From a virus (taxonomy: Duplodnaviria; Caudoviricetes), in IMG/VR virus record IMGVR_UViG_3300032294_001470, positions 1 through 55,134 of that record: DNA of 55,134 nt; one strand, 5' to 3'. The stretch's first letter is position 1. Each line of letters opens with the position of its first letter. A program made the position numbers and the translations under genes. A model generated the notes under the pieces. That model had not been told where the DNA came from. It saw only the letters and a list, made by a program, of their open reading frames with translations, and did no database searches. Below are positions 1 to 8,314 of this stretch, one piece after another.

Positions 1-159
1 TTATAACGTCTCGCGTCCAAATGGTTATGGACCGTGGTGTTTTTCGGACTTGGGTACCATCCCGCATTACGTCCACTTGACTATTTTACCCCACTTCACC
101 AGTAGATTGGACTGGATGCCATATAGGGAGTGGGGGTTTCCCGTTATTTCGGGACTCCG
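1..159 (-). ncRNA. Candidate structured RNA directly 3' of the atypical tRNA (may extend beyond window edge)
   Basis: GC-rich island in AT-rich DNA. Minus-strand stems: GGAGT/ACTCC, CCCG/CGGG, CCAGT/ACTGG, CCCCACT/AGTGGGG, GTCCA/TGGAC. No credible ORF. Confidence 0.45.
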
Positions 160-232
160 TGGTAAGAGATGGAATCGAACCATCGGCACCTTGCGTTTCG
201 AACAAGTGCTCTACCTACTGAGCTATCTTACC
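160..232 (-). tRNA. Atypical tRNA, anticodon loop TC-GAA-AC (tRNA-Phe(GAA)-like with C33)
   Basis: Reverse complement folds into a 73-nt cloverleaf: acceptor GGTAAGA/TCTTACC, D stem GCTC/GAGC, anticodon stem CTTGT/GCAAG, T arm GATGG-TTCGATT-CCATC. Identity uncertain. Confidence 0.8.
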
Positions 233-238
233 AAATAA

Positions 239-367
239 TGATAATGTTGGGACACCCATTTCGTCCCAATCTTAACTGCTTAATCGTAGTTTTACGAGGC
301 CTCGGCAGGGGGTGATGAATTCCGTCCTGGATTGTCGACATCCGGTGGGCGGGGAAGACCATTATCA
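239..367 (-). ncRNA. Candidate pseudoknotted structured RNA between two tRNAs
   Basis: Closed by a perfect 8-bp inverted repeat TGATAATG/CATTATCA. Internal stems GGAT/ATCC, TCGT/ACGA, TTGGGAC/GTCCCAA, GGTCTTC/GAGGCC and crossing CTGC/GCAG. Confidence 0.55.
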
Positions 368-370
368 AAG

Positions 371-442
371 TAGTCGGTAGGAGAATCGAACTCCTCTTAC
401 CAGGATGAAAACCTGAGGTCCTAACCGATAGACGAACCGACC
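371..442 (-). tRNA. tRNA-Glu(TTC)
   Basis: Reverse complement GGTCGGTTCGTCTATCGGTTAGGACCTCAGGTTTTCATCCTGGTAAGAGGAGTTCGATTCTCCTACCGACTA; canonical cloverleaf; CCA not encoded. Confidence 0.93.
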
Positions 443-491
443 ATATTTAATTCCACTATTTCAATGAACTCCTTTATTATTTTTGACGATA

Positions 492-499
492 CAAAGATA
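492..499 (-). promoter_or_regulatory. Bacteroidota-type -7 promoter element (TATCTTTG) upstream of the tRNA/ncRNA array
   Basis: Matches TAnnTTTG. The same motif recurs upstream of many genes (near 1150, 3336, 3838, 4797, 10523, 13842, 14838, 17184, 18410, 28040, 38202, 41078, 43104, 47852, 54124). Confidence 0.7.
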
Positions 500-537
500 C
501 AAAGTTTTTTTTAAAGTCAAACTTTTTCTTTTGTCAA

Positions 538-1134
538 TTATTGTTTTAACAACTCAATTTTATTTTTAATTCCCTCAATTAGTCGGTTATAATGGTTGAT
601 ATTATTCACATTATTAAGTTGAGTTGATACATTCAAATAATATTCCATTTTATCCAACTCCTCATTCAATTTGAATAATTTATTAGTTTTTTTATCTTCG
701 GTCTTTGGAAGAGTTGTTTTGGTAATATATCGATAATGAAAGCATTGAATATCATACCCTCCGGCTTCAATCGCTCGGGTATTAAAAGAATGGGTAACAC
801 CATCTCGGGTTACATCACAAGTGATTTCCAAACCTTTAACACTTCGGTCCAATGTGACATCACTAATAATGTCAGTTTCTTGAATATAAGTAGTAAGAGA
901 TGTGAATAATTTGTATTTTAAAGTCAATTTCCAAAAAAAGATATCTCTTTCAATTGAATCTTCCTCTCTTTTAATTCTTTCAGGTAGAAATCTAACATCA
1001 AATTTTGATGTTTCCGGAGATTCCAATCTTTTTTTCATACGCTCAATATTATTCTTTATGGATTCTCTCTGTTTTTCCTCAAGAATTTTGATGTAAGACT
1101 CAATACTATCGTAAATTAAATTTAAATTATTCAT
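538..1134 (-). CDS. Hypothetical protein
   Basis: 198-aa ORF with AGGYDIQCFHYRY motif; TAnnTTTG upstream. Confidence 0.8.
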   Translation of the reverse strand: MNNLNLIYDSIESYIKILEEKQRESIKNNIERMKKRLESPETSKFDVRFLPERIKREEDSIERDIFFWKLTLKYKLFTSLTTYIQETDIISDVTLDRSVKGLEITCDVTRDGVTHSFNTRAIEAGGYDIQCFHYRYITKTTLPKTEDKKTNKLFKLNEELDKMEYYLNVSTQLNNVNNINHYNRLIEGIKNKIELLKQ

Positions 1135-1192
1135 ATCCTGTAATTTGATTACAAAGATAATGTATTTTTTTTAAATCAATAAAAAAAAATTG

Positions 1193-1277
1193 TACCCGGG
1201 GCGGGACTTGAACCCGCACGGACATTACTGTCCAAATGATTTTAAGTCATTCGCGGCTACCTTTACGCCACCCGGGT
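1193..1277 (-). tRNA. tRNA-Leu(TAA)
   Basis: 85-nt cloverleaf with long variable arm (GGACA-GTAA-TGTCC), anticodon loop CT-TAA-AA, T arm GCGGG-TTCAAGT-CCCGC. Confidence 0.93.
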
Positions 1278-1292
1278 AAAAAAAATTGAATT

Positions 1293-2015
1293 TTAGAGAG
1301 AAAAATCTTCCTCAAACAATGTGTTTGTTTCACTTTCCTCAATATTATCAATATGTTCAAGTGTTATTGTGGAATCGTTGAAGTTAAAAACGAACATACC
1401 TTGGGACCCTTCGTTATTTTCCCAACCACCATAATTTCTTTCTAATTCACGATAACACCAATCTTCAATTTCAGCAGGAATAGGGTCACCCGTTTCTTCA
1501 AAATTACCTTCCATATATCCTGAATCACCCGAACCATTATACCTAATAGTTAAGTAACCATCTTCAGGGACTTCTGTTTCTTTTAACTCATTTTCCATCC
1601 AATTATCAAACATTTCTTTTTCTTCTTCAGAATCATATAAGATAGAACTCCCATCACTTTGGACATAATATGTATAATAATTTCTTATTGTTAAAGTTTT
1701 ATCTTCCGAGTCAATACTAATTTCAATACTATTGTAATTCACCATGTCAACATCATCCGCCAACTCATATAAACCCTCATCAACAACATAACTCCAAACT
1801 TTTTTTAGAATTGGAAGTAATCCTTCCGGAATATCTGCCCTGTAATTATTATCAAAATGGGTAACATATTTCCAATCAATCGTGTTTTCATTAACACTAT
1901 ATTGGTCATATTCAAGTTCTATGTTGATTGTTCCCTCTTTCATCCCTAAGGAACCCAAATACCGACAAACTCTATTTAGATATCTTTTTTCTTCTGTTGT
2001 TAAAATATTTTTCAT
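1293..2015 (-). CDS. Acidic protein, C-terminal DUF6878-like domain
   Basis: YNGSGDSG and GGWENNEGSQG motifs; family name from recall. Confidence 0.65.
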   Translation of the reverse strand: MKNILTTEEKRYLNRVCRYLGSLGMKEGTINIELEYDQYSVNENTIDWKYVTHFDNNYRADIPEGLLPILKKVWSYVVDEGLYELADDVDMVNYNSIEISIDSEDKTLTIRNYYTYYVQSDGSSILYDSEEEKEMFDNWMENELKETEVPEDGYLTIRYNGSGDSGYMEGNFEETGDPIPAEIEDWCYRELERNYGGWENNEGSQGMFVFNFNDSTITLEHIDNIEESETNTLFEEDFSL

Positions 2016-2026
2016 ATATATAAATA

Positions 2027-2374
2027 TTAGTCTTCTATCTTAAGTGTTCTCAGCATCCATTGAGGTCGTTTATTTTCCAAAATATTTGTCGCCCATTCTT
2101 TTGCAGATGGTATATAATTATTACAATCTTCTTTGACATGTTGTTCTCCGACATATCTAGTGTAAACTATTTTTCCATCACTATTTGTAAATTCTGAACC
2201 AAATTTTTTCTCCATTTCAAAGATACCTTCAGAATGATGTCTATACATTCTATGTAAGGAATCTCCAAACCAACTCTTGGTCTCATCAAGCCATTCGTGT
2301 AGATGTATATAATCTTCAGGTTTTCCACCAAATTTCTTGGCGGATGATTTTGCGTGTAAATTGGGATGTGACAT
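2027..2374 (-). CDS. DUF6915-like His-rich protein
   Basis: HPxxHAxSSAKKFGG, HxWxDxTK, HRxxRHH and EQHVKED motifs; family name from recall. Confidence 0.7.
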   Translation of the reverse strand: MSHPNLHAKSSAKKFGGKPEDYIHLHEWLDETKSWFGDSLHRMYRHHSEGIFEMEKKFGSEFTNSDGKIVYTRYVGEQHVKEDCNNYIPSAKEWATNILENKRPQWMLRTLKIED

Positions 2375-2414
2375 AATTATTTTTATTTTGTGGAGTTATA
2401 CGAACCAAAAAATT

Positions 2415-2659
2415 TCCCCACCCTGAGATTACAGGTGAGTAGATTTTAACGGTTTAGTTTTCTTAAAAACAAACACATTAGTGTCTTACCACATAAAAAT
2501 ATAAATCAACACTACTGGGAGGAATTGTGTCAGTTCCTTGTTCCCAAGACCCCCTCTCTAAAATCGTGGAAGGCGACAACTATACCATTGTTAAGAAACG
2601 GTACCAAATCTATTGGGTATCTCTAACCCAGTGAGACGATAATCGGACTCAAACCGACC
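2415..2659 (-). ncRNA. Candidate ~240-nt multi-hairpin structured RNA starting with a T-arm-like element
   Basis: Non-coding gap with minus-strand stems GTCGG-TTTGAGT-CCGAT, TGGGT/ACCCA, TAGATTT/AAATCTA (long range), TACCGTT/AATGGTA, AGGAA/TTCCT, TAGTGTT/GACACTA, CTCACC/GGTGGG. Confidence 0.5.
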
Positions 2660-2914
2660 CTACATATATTTTTTAAATAATTTTTCCAAAACTTCTTCAT
2701 CATCAAGAGATATTCGGGTATATTGAGACGATAATTCGCTCATTTTTTTCACAAATGATTCTTCGAGAAAACTCATTTTTTCGTTAGTCGGAAAATAATT
2801 AGGTAAATGTCCATCATCTTTTAATGTCCCAATTAATTCCTTTATTTCTCTTTCACTACAATTAGATATGAATTCATCTACATCAATATCTACATAAGAT
2901 TCAAAATTTGGCAT
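2660..2914 (-). CDS. Hypothetical protein
   Basis: 84-aa ORF, tandem with neighbour. Confidence 0.75.
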   Translation of the reverse strand: MPNFESYVDIDVDEFISNCSEREIKELIGTLKDDGHLPNYFPTNEKMSFLEESFVKKMSELSSQYTRISLDDEEVLEKLFKKYM

Positions 2915-2917
2915 ATA

Positions 2918-3217
2918 TTATTTATTTAATAAGTTTAAAATTTCTTCTTTCGCTTTTTCGGTGGATTGTTTGTTGTGTCCACCGATATTCCATTCAATTT
3001 CTTCATCTATCCCAACCTCACGATACATTTTCCAATCGTAAATGGTGATTATTTCTTCATCTTCATTTTCCAATATCCATTGGAAAACTACTTTTCCATC
3101 TCCGGATTTTAATTTGGAGTATTCTCCAACAATTTCTGATAATTGATTTGCGGTTGCTCTAATTGTTATCCCATGAAAACTTGTTCCGATTCCAAATGAC
3201 TCTGACTTTTTTAACAT
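2918..3217 (-). CDS. Conserved phage hypothetical protein
   Basis: GTSFHG, DGKV, TIYDWK and WNIGG motifs typical of a widespread phage family. Confidence 0.75.
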   Translation of the reverse strand: MLKKSESFGIGTSFHGITIRATANQLSEIVGEYSKLKSGDGKVVFQWILENEDEEIITIYDWKMYREVGIDEEIEWNIGGHNKQSTEKAKEEILNLLNK

Positions 3218-3419
3218 AACCTCAATTTTTATTTTTTAATCTCTTTTTCTGCCCCAATATACACCAATAACCACCGATATAAAGGCGCATGCTAAATAAA
3301 ATCCTATTTCTTCCATAACTTTTTTATTTTATAATGCAAATATAGTAAAGTTTATTTTAAGTTGTCAAATTTTCTTTGAACTTTTTTTTCCAACATGAAC
3401 TATGTCCACTATCTTCATA

Positions 3420-3833
3420 TTACACTGTGTGTTCAATTTTAACTCTAACACAATTTTGAGGTAATCGATTTATGTGTCGATAATTATTGATGTAACCCAT
3501 AATGTTTGCGCTACCAATAGCGTTTGCTGAGTGAGTGAAGACATCCACAACCGGAGCTCCATCCATCCATTTCTCAACCAACCATTTCGCACAATCATAA
3601 CCTGTTTTCTCGGTAATATTGTCATAATTCAACTCATAGTTGTTATAGACATTGTTATGCCATTCTTGCATTGCACTATCTCCCAAGTCGTGGTCAAGAG
3701 AAATCAATTCAATGTTCTCCAACCCTATTTCGGTTACTTTATCAACGAATTCCTCGTAATTTCTAACAACAACCCATTCATTTTTTGCAACAGGTGTTCG
3801 CACATCATCTAGATAAATTTTTACTTTTTTCAT
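3420..3833 (-). CDS. Cyclic-phosphate processing receiver-like (cyREC) protein
   Basis: IYLDDVRTP, ISLDHDLG, TGYD and HSANxxG motifs. Start moved to ATG 3833, just downstream of TATCTTTG. Confidence 0.75.
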   Translation of the reverse strand: MKKVKIYLDDVRTPVAKNEWVVVRNYEEFVDKVTEIGLENIELISLDHDLGDSAMQEWHNNVYNNYELNYDNITEKTGYDCAKWLVEKWMDGAPVVDVFTHSANAIGSANIMGYINNYRHINRLPQNCVRVKIEHTV

Positions 3834-3919
3834 ACCACAAAGATAATACATTTTTTCTAAAATCAAATTTTTTTTGGTTTTACAAATAAAACACTTATAA
3901 TTTACAAAAAACCAATGAA

Positions 3920-4408
3920 ATGACCGGAGTATTAGTATTAAATTACGACTATACCCCATTGAATATTACTACAATGCGAAGAGGATTTGTATTAGTCGAT
4001 AAGGGTAAAGCCGAAATTATAAAGTCGGATGATAATCCCATAGTTGGGAGTTATCAGACTTATCTTAGACCCGTAATTATAAGATTGTTACATTATATTA
4101 AACATAAAGCAAGGAACATTAAACCCAATCGAATGAGGGTTTATAAAAGGGATAACCATGAATGTGTTTATTGTGGGTCAAAAAAACAATTGACCTTAGA
4201 CCATGTCGTTCCCAAATCTCGTGGTGGAAAGAATACTTGGAGTAATTTGGTAACATGTTGTTTTACTTGTAATCTCAAAAAAGGAAATAAAACTCCGGAT
4301 GAAGCAAAAATGGTAATGAGAACTCAACCATACACTCCAAACATTTTAACCGAAAACGGGGTATTAAATAAAATATGGAATGATTATCAACAATCATTTG
4401 TTTATTAA
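3920..4408 (+). CDS. HNH endonuclease (McrA-like)
   Basis: VLVLN..Y.P N-terminus; RDxxxCxYCG, TLDHVVPKSRGG, WSNLVTCCxxCNxKKG. Confidence 0.92.
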   Translation: MTGVLVLNYDYTPLNITTMRRGFVLVDKGKAEIIKSDDNPIVGSYQTYLRPVIIRLLHYIKHKARNIKPNRMRVYKRDNHECVYCGSKKQLTLDHVVPKSRGGKNTWSNLVTCCFTCNLKKGNKTPDEAKMVMRTQPYTPNILTENGVLNKIWNDYQQSFVY

Positions 4409-4449
4409 ATAAAAAATTATTATTATTAAAAAAATCAAATCAAAAAAAA

Positions 4450-4767
4450 ATGGAAAATCAAACAAATCCTGAACAATCAGGGACAGAACAAATGGGACAA
4501 GGACAAAACTCGCTAGATGTATTAAACGCATCATTATTATTCGCAAGAGCATTGGGACTAATCTTTCAAGAAAATGAAGGAATCGTTGTCGATGTTAAAG
4601 GAGATGTTAATTTAGGTGATGACGCTAAAAAAGTAATTGTATTTAAACAAAACGACCAAATTCATATCTTCAGATGTGACGAAGACATTGAAGAAGGTAT
4701 GGCAGTAAATTTGGGACCAAATCCTGATGACGCTACAACTCAAGAAACGGAAACCACTGAAAATTAA
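4450..4767 (+). CDS. Hypothetical protein
   Basis: 105-aa acidic ORF. Confidence 0.7.
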   Translation: MENQTNPEQSGTEQMGQGQNSLDVLNASLLFARALGLIFQENEGIVVDVKGDVNLGDDAKKVIVFKQNDQIHIFRCDEDIEEGMAVNLGPNPDDATTQETETTEN

Positions 4768-4824
4768 TTTTTTTAATTAGTTTAAATTTTTTCGATTACA
4801 TTTGCATAAATAAATTTTAAGAAC

Positions 4825-5508
4825 ATGAATTACGGACAAGAATTTCAATCGTATTACACGAAACATTTAGGTAAACCATCATCCCATTTGGATTACTTCG
4901 AAAAACAAATTGAATCCTCAATGACACCATACATCTTGGAAGAAAGAGAAATGAGAGTTACTCAAATGGATATCTTCTCAAGATTAATGAGAGACCGAGT
5001 GTTATGGGTTGCAGGACCTGTTGATGACAGAATGTCAACTATAGTTCAAGCTCAATTAATGTTCTTGGATTCTTCAGATAAATCGGACATTACAATGCAC
5101 ATTGATAGTCCCGGAGGAAGTGTGAAATCAGGTTTATCTATGGTAGATGTGATGGAATACATCTCTTGTGACATCAGAACCGTGAATACTGGTATGGCGG
5201 CATCGATGGGTTCAGTATTGTTAGGTGCGGGAACCAAAGGAAAGCGTTCATCATTGAGATTTTCCAAAACAATGTTACATCAATCATCAGGAGGTGCTGG
5301 TGGAAATATTCAAGACGCTCGTATCAATATGATTGAGTGGGAAAAGACTAATAATATTCTTTTTGAATTATTAGGTTCTTATTGTGGCAAATCTGCAGAA
5401 CAAGTTATGACAGATGCAACTCGAGATTTATGGTTGGACGCTCAAGAAGCGTTAGATTATGGTATTATCGATGAAATTGTTAAACCAAAAGAAAAAGTGA
5501 GTAAGTAA
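4825..5508 (+). CDS. clpP: ATP-dependent Clp protease proteolytic subunit
   Basis: MDIFSRLM, QLMFL, IDSPGGSV, GMAASMGS (catalytic Ser), MLHQ, RDLW, YGIID. Confidence 0.96.
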   Translation: MNYGQEFQSYYTKHLGKPSSHLDYFEKQIESSMTPYILEEREMRVTQMDIFSRLMRDRVLWVAGPVDDRMSTIVQAQLMFLDSSDKSDITMHIDSPGGSVKSGLSMVDVMEYISCDIRTVNTGMAASMGSVLLGAGTKGKRSSLRFSKTMLHQSSGGAGGNIQDARINMIEWEKTNNILFELLGSYCGKSAEQVMTDATRDLWLDAQEALDYGIIDEIVKPKEKVSK

Positions 5509-5533
5509 CATTATTTCAAGCATTCTGTAAACC

Positions 5534-5563
5534 AAAAAAGGAGAGTCAATGACTCTCCTTTTT
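5534..5563. terminator. Bidirectional intrinsic terminator
   Basis: A6-GGAGAGTC-AAT-GACTCTCC-T5 between convergent genes. Confidence 0.85.
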
Positions 5564-5641
5564 CGTTAGATATGGAATACCCCCTTAGTTTAAACCATTT
5601 ATATTCAAAAAGTATCTAACTATTTGAATTTCTTTAAGTAA

Positions 5642-6316
5642 TCATGTAGTTCCTGGAACTACAGAACTACCAGTACTTTTTAATTTTTCCGCGACTTTTT
5701 GAGCATTACCGGTAAACTTACCAAGCATGTTACAAACCATATCTCCAAACCCTTTTTCAATACCTTTAATAAATTCAGTACTGGTTAACGCATCTCCCAT
5801 ACTCTGTCTTAAAAATACATAACCCGGTGAGTTTAACCCTTTAGCGTCCTGTATTTGCATAAACACCGCCTCTGAAATAGATTGAGCAATTAATTTAGTC
5901 ATTATTTTACAATCATTAAGTCCTCGTATGAATTCTGCAGTATTTTTAGTTAACAATGATATAATAAAATTTGTAAAATAACCCTCACCAAACCATGGAA
6001 CTAATATTCCTTTCAACACAGGTTCTACAAATGTTTGAATTGCATTACCAAACCATCCACCAAATAATGAACTTAAGATGTTCCCAAAATTTTGTTCAGA
6101 AATCAATCCAGTGTTTTGTAAATAAGAAAGCTCTTGTATAAATTTAGTACTTATTTTAAGTTGTTGTTTATTTGACAATTTTTTAAAATCCTCTTCACTA
6201 TTAATACCCTCAAGTATTATAGATATTCTATTTTTGACCAATTTTTGTTCAATCAAAAGTTTTTCTTTTTGTTCTTTAATTTCAATTAAAGATTTTTTCA
6301 CTTTTTTATTTAACAT
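5642..6316 (-). CDS. Hypothetical protein, possibly virion-associated
   Basis: 224 aa; last gene of the 10227-5642 operon; amphipathic/hydrophobic C-half. Confidence 0.8.
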   Translation of the reverse strand: MLNKKVKKSLIEIKEQKEKLLIEQKLVKNRISIILEGINSEEDFKKLSNKQQLKISTKFIQELSYLQNTGLISEQNFGNILSSLFGGWFGNAIQTFVEPVLKGILVPWFGEGYFTNFIISLLTKNTAEFIRGLNDCKIMTKLIAQSISEAVFMQIQDAKGLNSPGYVFLRQSMGDALTSTEFIKGIEKGFGDMVCNMLGKFTGNAQKVAEKLKSTGSSVVPGTT

Positions 6317-6326
6317 AATACTTTTA

Positions 6327-7235
6327 TTAGTTTAATCTCCATTTAGAATCTTCTCCTCGTCTTGAAGGTCCTCCAATACCACCTCGTAGTATCTCAACAT
6401 ATTTTTTTGTATTTTTTAAATCTACCCCTAAAAATCCTCCCCATTCACCTTCGTATGTGTTAACACACGATTGAACTACTTTTTTCATTGGGTCAAATGT
6501 TACTTGTGGGATATCTTTTTTAGTTTTAAATCCTTCGTAATATGTGTCAATTGCGTTTTTACAGATTGATTTATTAATGGTCTGTGATTTAGAAATATCT
6601 TCAAATTTTGTAGATATTTTCCCTCCTTCTTTAGCGATATCAGATGGTGACCACCACATTGTTATTCCGTTTGGTGGGAAAAATTTTTCACTACCCGGTA
6701 CTTTCATTTCTTTGTAAGAACCTGAAGCAATTTCATCAGGAGTTAAGTCTTTTTCCTCTTTATAACCTAAATTAACCGCTTTATCAATAAATGCCTGTTT
6801 TTGAACCTCTAATTTTCCTTGCTCTGATTTTTTTTCAGCATCTAATTTTTCTTGCTCTGATTTTTTTTGAGCCTCTAAATTTTGTTGTTCCTTCATTTTT
6901 GGACAATCCCATTTTTGACTGATAATTTCAAATTTACCTAAATCATTTAACATGCCAATGGCATTATCAATAAAAAAATAACCAAATTTACCAGGATTTT
7001 TTTTACTTTCTTGTTTAATAGCCCATTGTCTATTAGGTTCTGTAAATTTAGTTTTTATAACAGGGGAATTTTGATTAAAACACCCATAACCCCTTATTTT
7101 TTCTAATTGAGTATTAATAGGTATTTGTTCTGTTGATGTTGTAGAAGTTGAAGGATTACCTTGTTCTTTAACTAGTCTATGTTGATTAAGTATATCAGTT
7201 ATTTCACTTTCACTTAAAATAAATTTATTTTTCAT
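6327..7235 (-). CDS. Hypothetical protein with 'LSESE..IL..H' leader
   Basis: 302 aa; shared leader; internal 11-aa repeats (LEAQKKSEQEK / LDAEKKSEQGK). Confidence 0.8.
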   Translation of the reverse strand: MKNKFILSESEITDILNQHRLVKEQGNPSTSTTSTEQIPINTQLEKIRGYGCFNQNSPVIKTKFTEPNRQWAIKQESKKNPGKFGYFFIDNAIGMLNDLGKFEIISQKWDCPKMKEQQNLEAQKKSEQEKLDAEKKSEQGKLEVQKQAFIDKAVNLGYKEEKDLTPDEIASGSYKEMKVPGSEKFFPPNGITMWWSPSDIAKEGGKISTKFEDISKSQTINKSICKNAIDTYYEGFKTKKDIPQVTFDPMKKVVQSCVNTYEGEWGGFLGVDLKNTKKYVEILRGGIGGPSRRGEDSKWRLN

Positions 7236-7238
7236 TTT

Positions 7239-8291
7239 TTAAAAATTTTCAGGGTTAATAGTATTATCCGGAGCTTCTATCTCTTCAGGTTTGACCGGTG
7301 GTGTGGTAACAGGTGGTTTATTGGTGTTATTTTGACCACATACATTAATGGTTATTTCAGTGGTAATTGAATTTCCATCATATCCTTTATTAATTAACGC
7401 TTGTTGTGTTTTTGGACCAAATTTCCCATCAGGTGTAACTCCTAAACATTCTTGAACTTTAGCAATTGTCTCATTTTTACATCTAAATTTAATTGGGTAT
7501 ACCTCAGGACAACTTTTATATTGACTTGTTCTTGGTTGTGGTGCTGGTTGTGGAGACGGAGTTGTTTCTTCAGTATCTACAACATCCTCAACATCGCCAT
7601 CATTAAAATAATAATAAAGAAGTGCAATAACACCAATACTTAAACCCGCACCTATACCCCACTTTTTGAGTGCAGTCCAAGTACTTCGGGATTCAACAGG
7701 AGGTTTAGGAATATTTGCAATAGCATCATCAATATCTGTTGGTTTTACAGGTACATTTTTTGGTAAGTTTTTATTTGCTATCTTTACCGCAATTTCATCG
7801 GCAATTGTTGGGTCGTATCCTTTTCTGATTAAATCATTTTTAATTTTTTGACCTGACATGTTAGGGAATTTTTTAAATGATAAGTTAGCTGCCTTATCAG
7901 TCAAACTCTTTCTTAGAGGACCAGTTATTCTACCTTTTTTTAACAATGCTTTAGCAATAGGGCCAATTTGGGATGTCTTTAAAGTACCTTTAGCCATTGC
8001 TGTTGCTATTTCATCACCACTTCTGAACCCTGCTTGTGCCGCAACATCGTCTAAAAATTTAATACCTTGTAAGTATTTGGCATTTTTAGCTTGTTTAAGA
8101 GACGCAATTAATGCCTCATCCGCAGTTCCAAACAAAGACGTTAAAAATGTTTTAACAGGTTGTTCAGTTAATAAAGAACCATTAGAAACAAAAGTTTTAT
8201 TACTTATTAAATTTTCACTTAATGTTGCTTTTGTGTTATATAACATTAGTAATTTTGTTTTATTAAGTTCTTCAAGAATTATGTTTTTCAT
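7239..8291 (-). CDS. Membrane-anchored protein with C-terminal peptidoglycan-binding-like domain
   Basis: TM segment WGIGAGLSIGVIALLYYYF; VQECLGVTPDGKFGPKTQQAL resembles PG_binding_1. Confidence 0.75.
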   Translation of the reverse strand: MKNIILEELNKTKLLMLYNTKATLSENLISNKTFVSNGSLLTEQPVKTFLTSLFGTADEALIASLKQAKNAKYLQGIKFLDDVAAQAGFRSGDEIATAMAKGTLKTSQIGPIAKALLKKGRITGPLRKSLTDKAANLSFKKFPNMSGQKIKNDLIRKGYDPTIADEIAVKIANKNLPKNVPVKPTDIDDAIANIPKPPVESRSTWTALKKWGIGAGLSIGVIALLYYYFNDGDVEDVVDTEETTPSPQPAPQPRTSQYKSCPEVYPIKFRCKNETIAKVQECLGVTPDGKFGPKTQQALINKGYDGNSITTEITINVCGQNNTNKPPVTTPPVKPEEIEAPDNTINPENF

Positions 8292-8314
8292 ATTTATTAT
8301 TTTTTGTTTTTTTA

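Noticed and set aside
50-238. 62-aa plus-strand ORF
   Set aside because: Overlaps a clear minus-strand tRNA and structured region; TTG start; no protein-like signal.
1-367. Calling the tRNA-adjacent structures HDV-like (theta), hammerhead or twister ribozymes
   Set aside because: I could not map the required helix order or catalytic cores (e.g. CUGANGA/GAAA); left as unassigned structured RNAs.
2415-2659. tmRNA partner for SmpB
   Set aside because: No alanyl acceptor stem with G3:U70, no 3' T-arm plus CCA, and no tag reading frame recognised.
3920-4408. HNH gene as a mobile homing element or intron
   Set aside because: Free-standing McrA-like HNH; no interrupted host gene or intron structure visible.
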